From an uncultured Rivularia sp. (GTDB taxonomy: Bacteria > Cyanobacteriota > Cyanobacteriia > Cyanobacteriales > Nostocaceae), in NCBI GenBank assembly GCA_963665115.1, contig OY762007.1, positions 5,696,001-5,760,000 on the forward strand: DNA of 64,000 nt. Reading direction: 5' to 3'. Each line of letters opens with the position of its first letter. Positions within the stretch are counted from its first letter, which is position 1. A program made the position numbers and the translations under genes. This document shows, piece by piece, positions 8,760 to 20,890 of this stretch. A model generated the notes under the pieces. It was given only the letters and a program-made list of their open reading frames with translations. It was not told the DNA's origin and made no database searches.

Positions 8760-10928
8760 TTACAAATTCCCAAACTTCGGACTCCACCAACCTTTTGCAG
8801 TATTAAAATAAACAGCTTCTTTGTGTTTCTTATCTTGCCGTGCTTTAGAATCCGAACACCGTAACATCGATTTCTTTTGTCCTTCTTTTGTATAAGCGTA
8901 TTCTTCCAAAGGTTTTTTACATACTGGGCAGGGATACTTAGTGATTTTTGCTGGAGGTTTTTGAGCGGTAGGGGTTTTATCTGCTTTATCTGTTTGAGAT
9001 TTGGGCGATCGCCACTCCTTACTATAATCGTTCCAAAATAAAACCACGTTTTCACAACCGCTGACGCATTTAAGAAAATATTTCTTTTTAACTTTGCTGC
9101 TCTTGATTTTTGCTAAATGATTGTTGCATTCGGGACAACGAGTTCTCGATTTATCGTATTTACGTTCAGCAGCAGCATAATTTTTCTTTCCATTTGATGC
9201 AGCGACGGGTACAGTTTTCGCTTTGACTAAAGCCGGTACAAAGTAATCTTGATTCCAATTTGTGAGATATTTCTGCCAAGGTTGTTTTCCTGAAGCAATG
9301 CGATCGAGCGCATCTTCCATTTGTGCGGTAAATTCTGTTTTTAATAAATCTGGTAAAGCTTTTTGCAAAAAGTCATCTACCTCTAATCCCAAAGTTGTAG
9401 GCTGTAAATTTGCTTTTGTTAACTGCACGTAACCGCGTTTTTTCAAAGTCGCAATTGTGGGAGAATATGTACTGGGACGACCAATTCCTTTGCGTTCCAT
9501 TAACTGAACTAACTTGGGTTCGCTGTATCTTGGTGGTGGTTGAGTTTGTTTCTTCTCATGTCCGGCATTTTCTAAAGTTAGTATTTGCCCTTGCTGCAAG
9601 TTGGGTAAAAGCGTATCTTTACTTAAATTTGCCCAGTATTTAGCATAGCCGAGAAACTCTACTACCTGTCCCCTCGCTTGCCAAAGTATTTCACCCGACT
9701 TAATTATTACCAAAGTTTTGCTAAGTTGAGCAGGACGACATTGAGAAGCAACTGCTCTTTTCCATATCAATACATATAAACTAAACTCGTCGGGTAAAAG
9801 TTCAACTCGCAACTCCACGGAAGGACGAAATACATTAGTAGGACGAATTGCTTCGTGGGCTTCCTGAGCAGTTTTTTTACTGCGATATGTTGCCGTTTTA
9901 TTTGGCAAATTCTGCGGATCGTTTTGCTCCAACCACTTACGCACATCAGCGCAGAACTCTGGACTCAACATTACCGAATCCGTTCGCATATAGGTAATTA
10001 AACCAGCCTCATACAGTTTTTGCGCTACCTGCATGGTTTTTTCGGGGGCAAATTTTAATCTAGAACCAGCAGCTTGTTGCAGCGTAGAAGTAATAAAAGG
10101 TGGAGGTGGTTGACGACTGGAAATTTTTCCTTCGTATTGGACAATTTGATGGGGATGATTTCGCGCTTCCGTAACCAAACGCTCGGCTTCAGCTTCCGAA
10201 AGTACGCGAGTCGATTCGGCTTTTTCCGACTTCTTAACTACCGTGTCATCATTTTCTCGATCGTCTTGCTGTGCTGTATCAGGAGCAGAATTGATCGTTC
10301 CCTTGTAAAAAGCGCGGAAACCTTCAGCATAATCAACCCAAACGCTCCAATAATCTTGAGGTACAAAAACAAGAATTTCTCTTTCACGCTGACAGATTAA
10401 ATGTAGAGTTGCACTTTGAACCCTTCCGACGCTCTTTGCACCATTATTCAAAGCCCAAACTAACGGACTTCCCTTATAACCAACCAACTTATCCAAACAA
10501 TCTCGGCACAATCCAGCACCAACTAGATTAACATCCAGCCTTCTAGGTCTAGCCACAGCAGCCCGCACCGCAGATTCCGTAATCTCCGTATAAACAACTC
10601 GTTTCGGCTCTCTTAATCCTAAAGCTTCCTTAAGATGCCAAGCAATCGTTTCCCCTTCTCTATCGGGATCTGTAGCTAAAACAACTTCTTGAACTTGTTT
10701 AGCCGCAGCTTTTAACTTACTAATAGTCTCCTTGGCTTGCTGACTGCGCGGAATGTAGCGACACCGCACATTGTTGCCATCCATAGTAAAGCCCAGAGAA
10801 TCCTCACCTTCATTGCTGAGTTCTCGAATATGACCGCAACTAGCGCGAACAATCCATTCACTTCCCAGAATTTTACTCAGCTTTTTAACTTTACCGGGAG
10901 ATTCGACTATTAACAGGCGTTTGGGCAT
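8760..10928 (-). CDS. topA: DNA topoisomerase I (type IA) with C-terminal zinc ribbons
   Basis: IVESPGK, ATDPDREGE, GRVQS, ITYMRTD, AHEAIRPT, GIGRPSTY; CxxC pairs. Confidence 0.95.
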   Translation of the reverse strand: MPKRLLIVESPGKVKKLSKILGSEWIVRASCGHIRELSNEGEDSLGFTMDGNNVRCRYIPRSQQAKETISKLKAAAKQVQEVVLATDPDREGETIAWHLKEALGLREPKRVVYTEITESAVRAAVARPRRLDVNLVGAGLCRDCLDKLVGYKGSPLVWALNNGAKSVGRVQSATLHLICQREREILVFVPQDYWSVWVDYAEGFRAFYKGTINSAPDTAQQDDRENDDTVVKKSEKAESTRVLSEAEAERLVTEARNHPHQIVQYEGKISSRQPPPPFITSTLQQAAGSRLKFAPEKTMQVAQKLYEAGLITYMRTDSVMLSPEFCADVRKWLEQNDPQNLPNKTATYRSKKTAQEAHEAIRPTNVFRPSVELRVELLPDEFSLYVLIWKRAVASQCRPAQLSKTLVIIKSGEILWQARGQVVEFLGYAKYWANLSKDTLLPNLQQGQILTLENAGHEKKQTQPPPRYSEPKLVQLMERKGIGRPSTYSPTIATLKKRGYVQLTKANLQPTTLGLEVDDFLQKALPDLLKTEFTAQMEDALDRIASGKQPWQKYLTNWNQDYFVPALVKAKTVPVAASNGKKNYAAAERKYDKSRTRCPECNNHLAKIKSSKVKKKYFLKCVSGCENVVLFWNDYSKEWRSPKSQTDKADKTPTAQKPPAKITKYPCPVCKKPLEEYAYTKEGQKKSMLRCSDSKARQDKKHKEAVYFNTAKGWWSPKFGNL

Positions 10929-11129
10929 GACATCAATATGTAGAGATGCAACTTGAAAAAGACTTATTAATTTTTATTTTATAGTACAGTTGTTTTCGAT
11001 ATTGTTATTTAAATTAAAAAAATTAACAAATAAGGAATTGGGAATTGGGCATTGGGGATTGAGCATTGGGTGATAGTTATCTTCTCATCTCATAATCCCT
11101 TCATCTCCTAACTCTTACTATCTTAACTC

Positions 11130-11407
11130 TTACTCCTATCCCGCTCTAAAAATACCTATCTCTCTTGTCTTGAAAAGTTGTTCTCGAAGAGATTGCCTCC
11201 GGCTCACATGGGGGAAACCATGCCACTTCTCTCAACGAGGGGAACCCGCGCACGAGAGTGGCTCCCCAAGACGAACACTTTATGTCCTAATAGCCCTTCG
11301 GCAACGGACACGCAATACCTACGGTACGCTTCGCTAGCCGCTAACGCTGCGCTCTGTGCATCTAGTAAGGTTTTTTAATCCATAATCTTCTGTGGGGAAG
11401 GGAGTAA
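11130..11407. mobile_element. MITE (TIR TTACTCCTATCCC/GGGAAGGGAGTAA) carrying nested small repeats
   Basis: Same ends and internal sequence as the shorter copy at 34560-34670 and a right-end copy at 34917-34986. Confidence 0.75.
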
Positions 11408-11806
11408 CTGTTAACTCTTTTAATCTAAAATCTAAAAACTTATAGCATTGTTATACTTCTCATTTATTAAAAAAAACTTAAAATTATTAGAATCAGTAAG
11501 CATTTTGATAAGAAATATTAAGCATATTAAATTCAAGCTTTCTGTCTAAAGTATTAATTATCTGGCTTGGATCTGGCTGTATGCCTTCCGATAGATGATA
11601 AAAACGAATGAACTAGATAATTAATAAATAGGAGCCGAAACATAATTACGAAATATTAACTGTAAAGTTTGTTAAATAAATGCTCATTTTCACAGTCAGT
11701 TTATATATACTTGGTTTCTATGAATGTTGAATATGTTGATCCCGGTGGGGTTTAATAATTAATCGCTCGTTTTCAAACTATATATTGTACTCTTGGAGGA
11801 AAAATA

Positions 11807-12184
11807 ATGGCTTTATCACAATCAACTGATATGGGAAAAACCTACTCGTTACTAATGATAAAAAGCTTTTTAATATGGACTTTTACACTGGCAGTCTGCT
11901 TGCTGGTTGTTGGCTTTCCTTTAGTGGTTTTAATGGCTACGGTTGGATGTTTGCTTTCTATTGTTCTGCAATCGGTAATGCCAGCTAGCGCAGTTTTGGT
12001 TGTTGCAGGTAGCTTGATTATGTTTAATGTGTTGGCAGTAGTAGTTGCTGCTGGCGTGTTAACACTTCGAGGCGTTCATCCTACAGAAATTAAATGGTTA
12101 AGCTGGCTGCATGGAGAAGAAGAAGAATTAAAGGCAAGTGTTTATGCTGCTTGTCCTTTAACTTGTGAGGTAGAGTCATTTTAG
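11807..12184 (+). CDS. Conserved hypothetical membrane protein
   Basis: GGAGG RBS, two to three TM segments, C-terminal YAACPLTC, terminator follows. Confidence 0.8.
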   Translation: MALSQSTDMGKTYSLLMIKSFLIWTFTLAVCLLVVGFPLVVLMATVGCLLSIVLQSVMPASAVLVVAGSLIMFNVLAVVVAAGVLTLRGVHPTEIKWLSWLHGEEEELKASVYAACPLTCEVESF

Positions 12185-12238
12185 TTTGTGATATGAAATC
12201 GTAGCCATCATTGCTAAATTCGACAAATAGTGCAACTG

Positions 12239-12259
12239 CCCGGTTTAACCGGGTTTTTT
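12239..12259 (+). terminator. Rho-independent terminator
   Basis: CCCGGTTTAACCGGG hairpin followed by T run. Confidence 0.7.
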
Positions 12260-12274
12260 CATTTTTACGGGGAG

Positions 12275-12427
12275 TGTAGAGACGTAAAATTTTACGTCTC
12301 CCGACGATTCCGGGAGAAACGAACCCTTCAGAATTTATGCAATCGAGTATTAATAATCTTTGTCATTAATTTTGACGGATTCTTTTTCTTCCAAACGTAG
12401 GGAGACGTTATGTATAACGTCTCTACA
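12275..12427. repeat. GTAG-type REP doublet
   Basis: GTAGAGACGTAAAATTTTACGTCTC ... GAGACGTTATGTATAACGTCTCTAC in inverted orientation. Confidence 0.7.
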
Positions 12428-12524
12428 TTTCACAAGAAATATCTACTTTTGTGACAATCTACTATTGACGAATCACCCCTATGGTAATGACTATTGACTA
12501 TTAACTAGTGATTTATGACTAATT

Positions 12525-13635
12525 ATGAAGCGAGTTTGTATTATCTTAGGTACTCGTCCCGAAGCGATTAAACTTGCTCCGGTGATTAAAACTTTCCAAG
12601 CTTATGAAGGTTTGGAAACTCAGGTGATTTTAACTGGACAGCATCGCGAGATGGTTGAGCAGGTGATGGGATTGTTCAATTTAAAAGCCGATCGCGATTT
12701 GGAGATTATGCAGCCGAAACAATCTCTGAGCGATATCACTTGTCGTAGCTTGCGCGGGTTGCAGGAGTTATTTGAGGAAAGCGAACCAAGTTTAGTTTTG
12801 GTTCAGGGAGATACAACTACAGCTTTTGCAGCAGCTTTGGCAGCTTTTTATAAAAAAATTCCTATTGGTCATGTCGAAGCTGGATTAAGAACTGATAACA
12901 TATTTAATCCTTATCCAGAAGAAGCCAACCGACGATTAATTTCTCAAATTGCACAACTACATTTTGCACCGACACCTTTGGCTGAGGAAAATTTACAGCG
13001 TTTCTGGGGTATTAGGAAAAGTTCACATGACGGGTAACACCGTGATTGATGCGCTGTTGAATGTTGCGAAAAGCGAACCTCCCTGTAACGTACCGGGTTT
13101 GGAATGGCAAAATTATCGAGTTATTTTAGCTACAGTTCACCGCCGAGAGAATTGGGGCGAACCACTCGAAAGTATTGCCCAAAGCTTCTTACAGGTATTA
13201 GCTAAATTCCCAGATACAGCGTTATTGCTACCATTACACCGCAATCCTACGGTAAGAGAACCATTGCAGGCAATGTTAGGCAATCATCCCCGAATCTTCT
13301 TAACAGAACCCTTAGATTACGGTCAACTAGTCGGGGCAATAATGCGATCGCACTTATTACTCACAGATTCAGGTGGGTTACAAGAAGAAGCCCCTAGTTT
13401 AGGAAAACCAGTATTAGTACTCAGAGAAACAACAGAAAGACCGGAAGCAGTAAGCGCAGGTACGGCAAAGCTTGTAGGAACAGATACTCAAACAATAATA
13501 GCTAGTGCAGCACAACTATTAAGCAATCGGGCAGCCTATGAAACAATGGCAAACGCAATTAATCCCTTCGGAGATGGCAAGGCTTCCGAGAGGATTTTGC
13601 AAATTGTGCGAGGTTTCTTAGAAGTTAAAAATTAG
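12525..13635 (+). CDS. wecB: UDP-N-acetylglucosamine 2-epimerase, split by a +1 frameshift at TTT 13001-13003
   Basis: GTRPEAIK, TGQH, QGDT, HVEAGLRT, HRREN, DSGGLQEE, TERPE. Confidence 0.93.
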
Positions 13636-13639
13636 CATT

Positions 13640-13694
13640 AGGTTCGTAGTAAGGACTTTAGTCCTCAGAGCGCTAAAGCGCTTACTACAAACCT
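13640..13694. repeat. GTAG-type REP palindrome between convergent genes
   Basis: AGGTTCGTAGTAAG ... CTTACTACAAACCT; related unit nested at 20737-20791. Confidence 0.7.
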
Positions 13695-13697
13695 TGT

Positions 13698-16600
13698 TCA
13701 TTCTTCATCATCATCTTCTAAAGGCAGCTCGATGACAAACTCCGCTCCGTTTCCAGGAGAGGAAAGGCAATATAAATTACCACAATGTGTTTCGGTAACT
13801 ATTTGATGGCTAATTGATAATCCTAAACCCGTTCCTTTTCCTTCCGGTTTAGTGGTGAAAAATGCATTGAATAGCTTACTTCTGACTTCTTCTGGCATTC
13901 CAGGGCCGTTATCTGCAATACGAATGGTAACTTTGTCTTCGTCAGATGAAGTACGGATAGTAATAACGTTAGGATTTTTCTCAATCTCTGCGTAATTTTT
14001 GCCTTGGTTGGATTCGTCTAAAGCATCAATTGCATTTGCTAATAAATTCATAAACGCCTGGTTTAATTGACCGGAATAACACTCAACCAGAGGCAAATCT
14101 TCATACTTTTTGACAACTTCAATTGTAGGACGTTCGGCATTCGCTTTAAAACGATGTTGCAAAATCATCAAGGTTGTTTCAATGCCTTCATGGACGTTAA
14201 CCGGCTTTTTATCAGCGCTATCAGTACGCGAGAAATTCCGCAAAGACTGCATGATATCGCGAATTCTGTCAGTTCCTAATTCCATAGAAGTTATCATTTT
14301 TGGTAAGTCTTCTAGGAGGTAATCTAGATCGATATCTTCTTGGAAAATTTCAATTTCGTCCGGTGGAGAAGGTACGTTAGCCTGATATAAACTTAACAGT
14401 TCTAGTAAATCTTCGATATATTGATTGGCTATGGACAAGTTACCCGCAATAAAACCAACGGGATTATTAACTTCGTGAGCAACACCTGCTACCAATTGCC
14501 CCAAAGAAGAAATTTTTTCGGTTTGTACTAACTGCGCTTGAGTTTGCTGGAGCGTTTGTAAAGATTCCCGTAGCTGCTGTGACTTTTCTTGTTCCCCAGA
14601 GTAAAGACGAGCATTTTCGATTGCGATCGCAGCTTGTGAAGTGAGCAGTTTAAGAATTTCCAAGCGCGAGTTTGTAAATGCACCAGTAACTTGGTTGTTT
14701 TCCAGGTAAATAATTCCCGTAAACTTACCTTGGTAGAAAATGGGAGCGCACAAAATTGATTTTGGTTGTTCCCGGAGTATGTAGGAATCTTCTTTATAAA
14801 TTGCTTCTTTGCTTGCGTCGTTAAGTACCAAAGGTTGTTGAGTTCTGGCAACGTAGTGGATAACGCTTAAAGGGATATCTTTGCTGTCTTCTATAGGGGT
14901 TGATTGCAATACAACTAAGTCGTTATATTGGTCATTATCGATAGCTTCGATAAACAACTGCTCGTTTTTGAGCAAGATGAGACAACCCTTTTGAGCCGCA
15001 GCATTTTCGAGAATGATAGATAATAGCTTATCGAGGAGATTATCTAAAACGATTTCGCTGGTAATAGCTTCTGAAGCTTTCATTACCGTAGTTAAATCTA
15101 GAATACTATTACTACTATTACTATTATTAGTTGATGAGTTTAAAGCTCTTGAAGAACTACCAACAATCGTTTCGGTAATGTCTTGTTGTAATAGTGCGGT
15201 GGTTTCGCTACGAATAATTAAATTAGGGTAACGTTCTTCTAAATCTTTAACTTTAGCTAAAGCACCCCAGCGAACATAGCCGTAGTAAGCATCAGTCATG
15301 TAGGTTTTAGCAATCTTATCCTTACCCAAAACCAGATAAAACTGTGCCGCAAGTTCGTTACCCAATGCTTCCTCTTGGGTGTAGCCGTTTTCCTTCGCTC
15401 CGGCGATCGCGCGATCGTACAGATTCATTGCTTTAACTTTTTTGCCAAAGATCCGAGCTTTTTCGGCTTCCACTAAATCGTACTTGTGTTGGAAATTGCA
15501 GGCTGCATGATGCGCCCATTTCTTCATTTTCTTTTGATTTGCAGCGACTTGTTTGAGGTATTGCTTTTGTTCTGTGGATGTAACGTTTTTGTAATTCGCG
15601 AAGAGTGCGAGGGAGTAGTAGTAATTGTTGACGCAATACATTAAAAAGCCTGGATTGCTTTCTTGGTATTTTTCAGTTAGTTTAGCAGTTTGAATAGCTT
15701 CTCCAAAATTATTAAAAGAATAATTTAGAATGGTTTTACAGACATATATTGTACTTAACCAAGTTGAATTATTCCCTAATTCAAATATAATCTCTGCTTC
15801 ACTTAAATTTTCATAATCTAACGAAAATTTATTGAATGAATTTCCTTTTAAATTTAAGATAGCCTGTCTAATTGCGCTTAAAGTCCAAACCAAGACCGTT
15901 ATTTTTAACTTTTGTGTAAGTATTATATAATTATATATTTTACGATCGAGCGATTCTATATTTTCTCCACTAAAAAATGAGTTAATAGCTATTAGCCAAT
16001 TAATGTAGCTAGCAGATTCTATATCTCCTGTTTCTAATCCACTTTGCATTCCTTCAAGTGCCGGTGCAATCATTTGTTTAACAGGCTCTTTAAAATGCCA
16101 AATCATGGAATTGAACAGGTTATAAAGTTTAGATTTAAGAGATTTAGAATTAAATTTTTCTAGTACTAAAAGACCTAATTTACCAAATCTGTATCCTTCT
16201 TCAATTTCACCAAATTTATCACATAGCATTGCACCATAAATACAGTAACCATAAGTGCTAAATTCGGAGTTTCCATATTTAACAGATAAACGAACCATTG
16301 ATAATATAGTTAGTGGAAAGAGTAAAGATCCTGCCTGACTAGCGGCCGGATTAATTAGTATTAGAATTTGCATAGCCGCCAGTTTATAAGCGTCGGTCAT
16401 TCTAGGCAAATAGGCTAAATCTTCAATTCTTTTTCCAGCTAAAGTTAATTTAGTCTGTAGAACCGATACCAAAATATAATGTATTTTTGGTTCAGCTGGT
16501 AATGGTACATTAAGTAATTTTAAAACATGAACTCCTAATTCCAAAGCTTCTGACATCAGATTTTGAGCAATACTACACTGGATTTGAATTTTATATATTC

Positions 16601-19189
16601 TTACTTGATCCAGAATAGTATTAGCTTTTCGTAATGTAAGCGTTCCTAGCTTTTTTGATTTTTCAAAGTTACCTTGTAGATATTCTGCTTCTACTACCTC
16701 TACGTATATATTTAGTAGGAGCTCATAGTTCTCTTGCGAATTGCAATGTGTTAAAAGTTTCAACCCTATATTTAAATATTTTATAGCAGTTTCATAAGCT
16801 GTAGCAGTCTTGGCTTTCTTCCCAGCTATTAAATTAAGTTTTGCTAACTGATCTTTTTCAGATTGTTCAGTTAATAAATCAACACCAAAGTTTAATTGAT
16901 TAACAACATCTAAGATATTTTCAGAAAATAATTCTGGTGGCGTTTGCTTTAGCAGTAACTGACCAATTTTAAGGTGAGTTGCTTGTTTATCACATTCGGG
17001 AATAAATGAATACGCTGCTTGCTGCACGCGGTCATGTAAAAATCTATAACCAACTTTAGCAATATTTGATTTTAAATTTATTATAGAAAATTGTTGATAA
17101 CTTGTATCTATATCACTGTCTTCTAAATTTTCATCAAATACTAAAGGAATCTTGTAAGCTTCACTCAAAGGTAGAATTAGCCCAGCTTGCAAGGCTGCAT
17201 CTAATTCTTTAGCAGTACTTACCGAAAATTTTTCATTTACAATTGACAGCACATCAAGTGTAAATTTATCTCCAATACAAGCGGCGAGTTGCAATACTCG
17301 TTGTGTAGATTCTGGTAGCTTCTTAATCCGATTGGCAACTAGCTCTACTACGCTTTGGTCGGTGATACCTATCGCTTGAATTTCTTCAATATCCCACTTC
17401 CACATTCCTTGATTTTTTTCTTTATTTATTATGGAAGAAAAGGGAGTAAAATCGAATTCTAAAAGGTTTTCTTGGTAAAGTGTTTGCAGTAATTGACTTA
17501 TAAAAAAGGGATTACTACCAGTTTTATTACAGATTAGTTCGGCTAGAGTGTTGACTCGTTCTGTACTATCATTTAAAGTTTCGGCAACCAACTGAGTCAC
17601 ATCTGCAATCTCAAGTGGTTGTAAAACTATATTATGAACAATGGCGTTATTTTTCTCTATTTCGTCTAAGGTTTGAATTAAAGCATGAGTTGAACTAACT
17701 TCATTATCGCGGTAAGCCCCAATCAACAGCAAATATTTTGTTTCGGGATCGGCAGCTAATATTTGCATTAAATTTAATGTCGCAGAATCCGCCCACTGTA
17801 AGTCATCAAGAAAGATAACTAAGGGATGTTCTTTTTGAGTAAAGATATTGATAAACTCAGTGAAAACGCGATTGAAACGATTTTGCGCCTCTGTTCCACC
17901 CAGTTCGGGTACTTCTGGTTGTTTCCCGATGATGAGTTCCACTTCTGGAATTACATCGATAATTACTTGTCCGTTTCCACCAACAGCAGTTAATATTTTG
18001 TTGTGCCATTGTTCTAGCTGAGCGCTACTTTCTGTAAGTAATTGCTGCATCAAGCTACTTAAAGCCTGAATTAATGAAGCGTAAGGAATATTGCGCTTGA
18101 ATTGGTCAAATTTACCGCTGATAAAGTAACCACGCTTTTGAGTGATGGGTTTATTAACTTCATAAACTACGGATGATTTACCAATTCCTGAATAGCCAGA
18201 AACTAGCATCAGTTCGCGGCTTCCTTTGCTGACTCTTTCAAAAGAATCTAGAATTTGATTGACCTGAGTTTCCCTACCGTAAAGCTTTTGGGGAATGAGT
18301 AACTGACTTAATATATCTAATCGTCCCCCGGTTGAAACTCGATAATTGTTCCGGTGATTTCTAACTGTTCGCGACATAGCTCTAAATCGGCTAAAAGTCC
18401 TTTAGCGGTTTGATAGCGATCTTCAGCGTTTTTCGCCATCAACTTCACTACTACATTGGCGATCGCGTTAGGAACTTCTGGATTTAATTCTTGAATTTCA
18501 ACGGGTTGCTTGGCAATATGACAGTGAATCAACTCTAAAGGATCGTTACTTTGAAAAGGTAATCTCCCGGTAAGCACTTCATAAAAAGTTATGCCCAGTG
18601 AATAAAAATCGCTGCGATAGTCAAGAGCGCGATTCATTCTCCCGGTTTGTTCTGGGGACATATATGTTAATGTCCCTTCAAGTTGATTGGGGTTAGTTAA
18701 TTGCAGATTTTCATTACTGAGTCTTGAAGCGATACTAAAGTCAGTAAGCTTAACTTCTCCTGTTTTAGGATTGACAATGATATTATCTGCTTTGATATCT
18801 TTATGAATAATTTTATGAGAATGCAGCGATACCAAAGCTTTTGCTAATTGCACTGCAATACTTAAAAATTCTATAAATTCTAATTTACGGTTAAAAAGTA
18901 CTTGCTTAAGAGATTGTCCGCCAAAGTCCTCTAATACCAGCACCAAGCGATTTTGGTCGGTTTCAAGCCTTAATATCTTGACAACACCTTCTAAATCAAG
19001 GTTTTCAGTAACTTTATATTCGTGTTTGAGTCGTGTAATCGCATCCAAAGCAGGATAATCATCTTTAAGAATTTTAAGAATGACTTTTTGCTGGTTTAGC
19101 TGCGATGTACCCCGATAAATAATAGTGTTGATTCCCTCGTATATGACTTCCGTAATGTCATAACCGGGAACCAAGGTAGATGTGAGCAT
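13698..19189 (-). CDS. Multi-kinase (Ser/Thr kinase-AAA ATPase-helical-GAF-His kinase, HstK type), frameshifted at C5 tract 18325-18329
   Basis: HKDIK, DFSIAS, YMSPEQTGR; GYSGIGKS, LDDLQW; GAF; AHEVNNP, NAIDA, DNGPG, GTGLGL. Confidence 0.9.
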
Positions 19190-19388
19190 TACACAATCCT
19201 TCCTAGAAGAGTATAAATGTGTTCGTATATTTAGGGTTCCCCAATATTCAGCTTTTTAAACATCGATAGAAGGAATTTTGTTGAAAGTTTAAAATATATT
19301 GTTAGCAACAGCAAAATATTGATATGTACACTTAACAAATAATGCCCTCAGACTATAAGTCTGGGGCTAGGAAATCAAAGTATACCGA

Positions 19389-20135
19389 TTAAGCAAGTAT
19401 CAAAGATTTTTTTTCGGGATTTGTTTCTATATAAACATTTTCTATCGAGTTAGTTTGTGCATAAACCATTAGTTCATTAAAACATTCAGAAAAAGCTGAA
19501 AATACTGTATTGACTATCTCAAAAGCTGTTTCTTTTTGTTTTGGTGTTAGTTCTAAATCATCAATGAATAAATGTGTACTGCCAGTAATGATTGCATGAC
19601 TCTTTTCGGCTTCTACATGATGATTGTTTAAATACAAATAATCTCTAGAAGTAATTTGTTCAAGCTCTTGAGCAACTATAGCTGTTAATGGTAAACCTAT
19701 ATTTGATGTTCCTTCTATAGCTTCAATAATTATTAGTCTCAAAATAGGATCTTGAAAGGAACTACATAAAGAAAATAGTTGATATGATAGTTGACGTGTT
19801 TTTTGTGTTGATTCACTCCAGAAAAAATTTATTGTATCAATAAAATTGAGTCTATGATTAAAATCAAGCTTTTCAATGTCTTCCAAAAACCATATCCAAT
19901 GATAATCTTCTTCGTAAGTATGCTTATTGATTATTTTTTGAATCGGATTATCGCTAGGCTCTTGACGGAGAACGTATTTATTCAATTCTGATAAACTCAT
20001 TGTGACATGAGTAAAACAAGGTACCCAAATTAGTCTTTGTCTTGGATCTATACTCTTATCTAGTAAATATTCAAAAAACGGTAAATTCGCAAATTCTTGC
20101 TTTTTCTGTTCAATCAGTTCTAAAACTTCTTTCAT
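19389..20135 (-). CDS. Heme-oxygenase-like diiron oxidase (HDO), AetD-like
   Basis: All-helical 248 aa with HTYEEDYHW, EAIE, HHVEAEKSH; colinear with AetD as I recall it. Confidence 0.75.
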   Translation of the reverse strand: MKEVLELIEQKKQEFANLPFFEYLLDKSIDPRQRLIWVPCFTHVTMSLSELNKYVLRQEPSDNPIQKIINKHTYEEDYHWIWFLEDIEKLDFNHRLNFIDTINFFWSESTQKTRQLSYQLFSLCSSFQDPILRLIIIEAIEGTSNIGLPLTAIVAQELEQITSRDYLYLNNHHVEAEKSHAIITGSTHLFIDDLELTPKQKETAFEIVNTVFSAFSECFNELMVYAQTNSIENVYIETNPEKKSLILA

Positions 20136-20643
20136 TTTAATTCTCTAAGGTCAAGGTACAATCTTCTTTGATTAAAGATGGTATTTGCACTAATCCCTGA
20201 CACTATCTTCTAATAACTGCAATATTCACCTAAAAAATGTGAATATTAAATTATTAAAGGATTCCACAATGAGAACTTTTAAAACAACAGTACCTAACAT
20301 CAACTAACTTTTACGAAACTACTGCACTAAACAGTATTCAGTTTTAGCAGTCTTGTTTTAGCTTTCTAACTAATTACTAAGTGTGGCAGAATATTTTTGA
20401 AATGGGTAGGGGTTTAGAGTAATCTTTATTAAAAGAAAAATAATTAGAATAAATACGGACAGCTCAATCAGCTATTAACTTAGATAATATGGTTTAATTC
20501 AGATCAATTTCAGAGAATATACTGAAGGTTTACTATTTCTCTACCAAAAATAATTAATTTTTTAATTAACCGTTATCAATTGTTAGATAGATCCCACATC
20601 TGATTTTAGATTCTGGATTTAGGTGTGTTGTCAAAGGATTAAA

Positions 20644-20881
20644 GCCCTCACCCTCGAAGGGTAGGGCTACAATTACAAAGCCCACCTGCGTGGGCTAATA
20701 TCACATCCGCCGCCATTGCTTGTAAATGAGAAGAGATTTGTAGTTGCGCTTTAGCGCTTCTTATAGGAGGCGAAGACGGCGCAACTACGAACCTTTTTAA
20801 ACTTGATATAAGAAGCCTAATTTTTCCTAACCCGCGCAGGCGGGCTTCGTTTCTGTAGCCCCACCCTTCGAGGGTGAGGGC
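20644..20881. repeat. Composite REP element with 28-bp terminal IR and nested second REP
   Basis: GCCCTCACCCTCGAAGGGTAGGGCTACA versus its inverse, 27/28 identical; inner unit 20737-20791. Confidence 0.8.
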
Positions 20882-20890
20882 GATTATCTA

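Noticed and set aside
11178..11378. 66-aa ORF
   Set aside because: Lies wholly inside the nested MITE/SDR element
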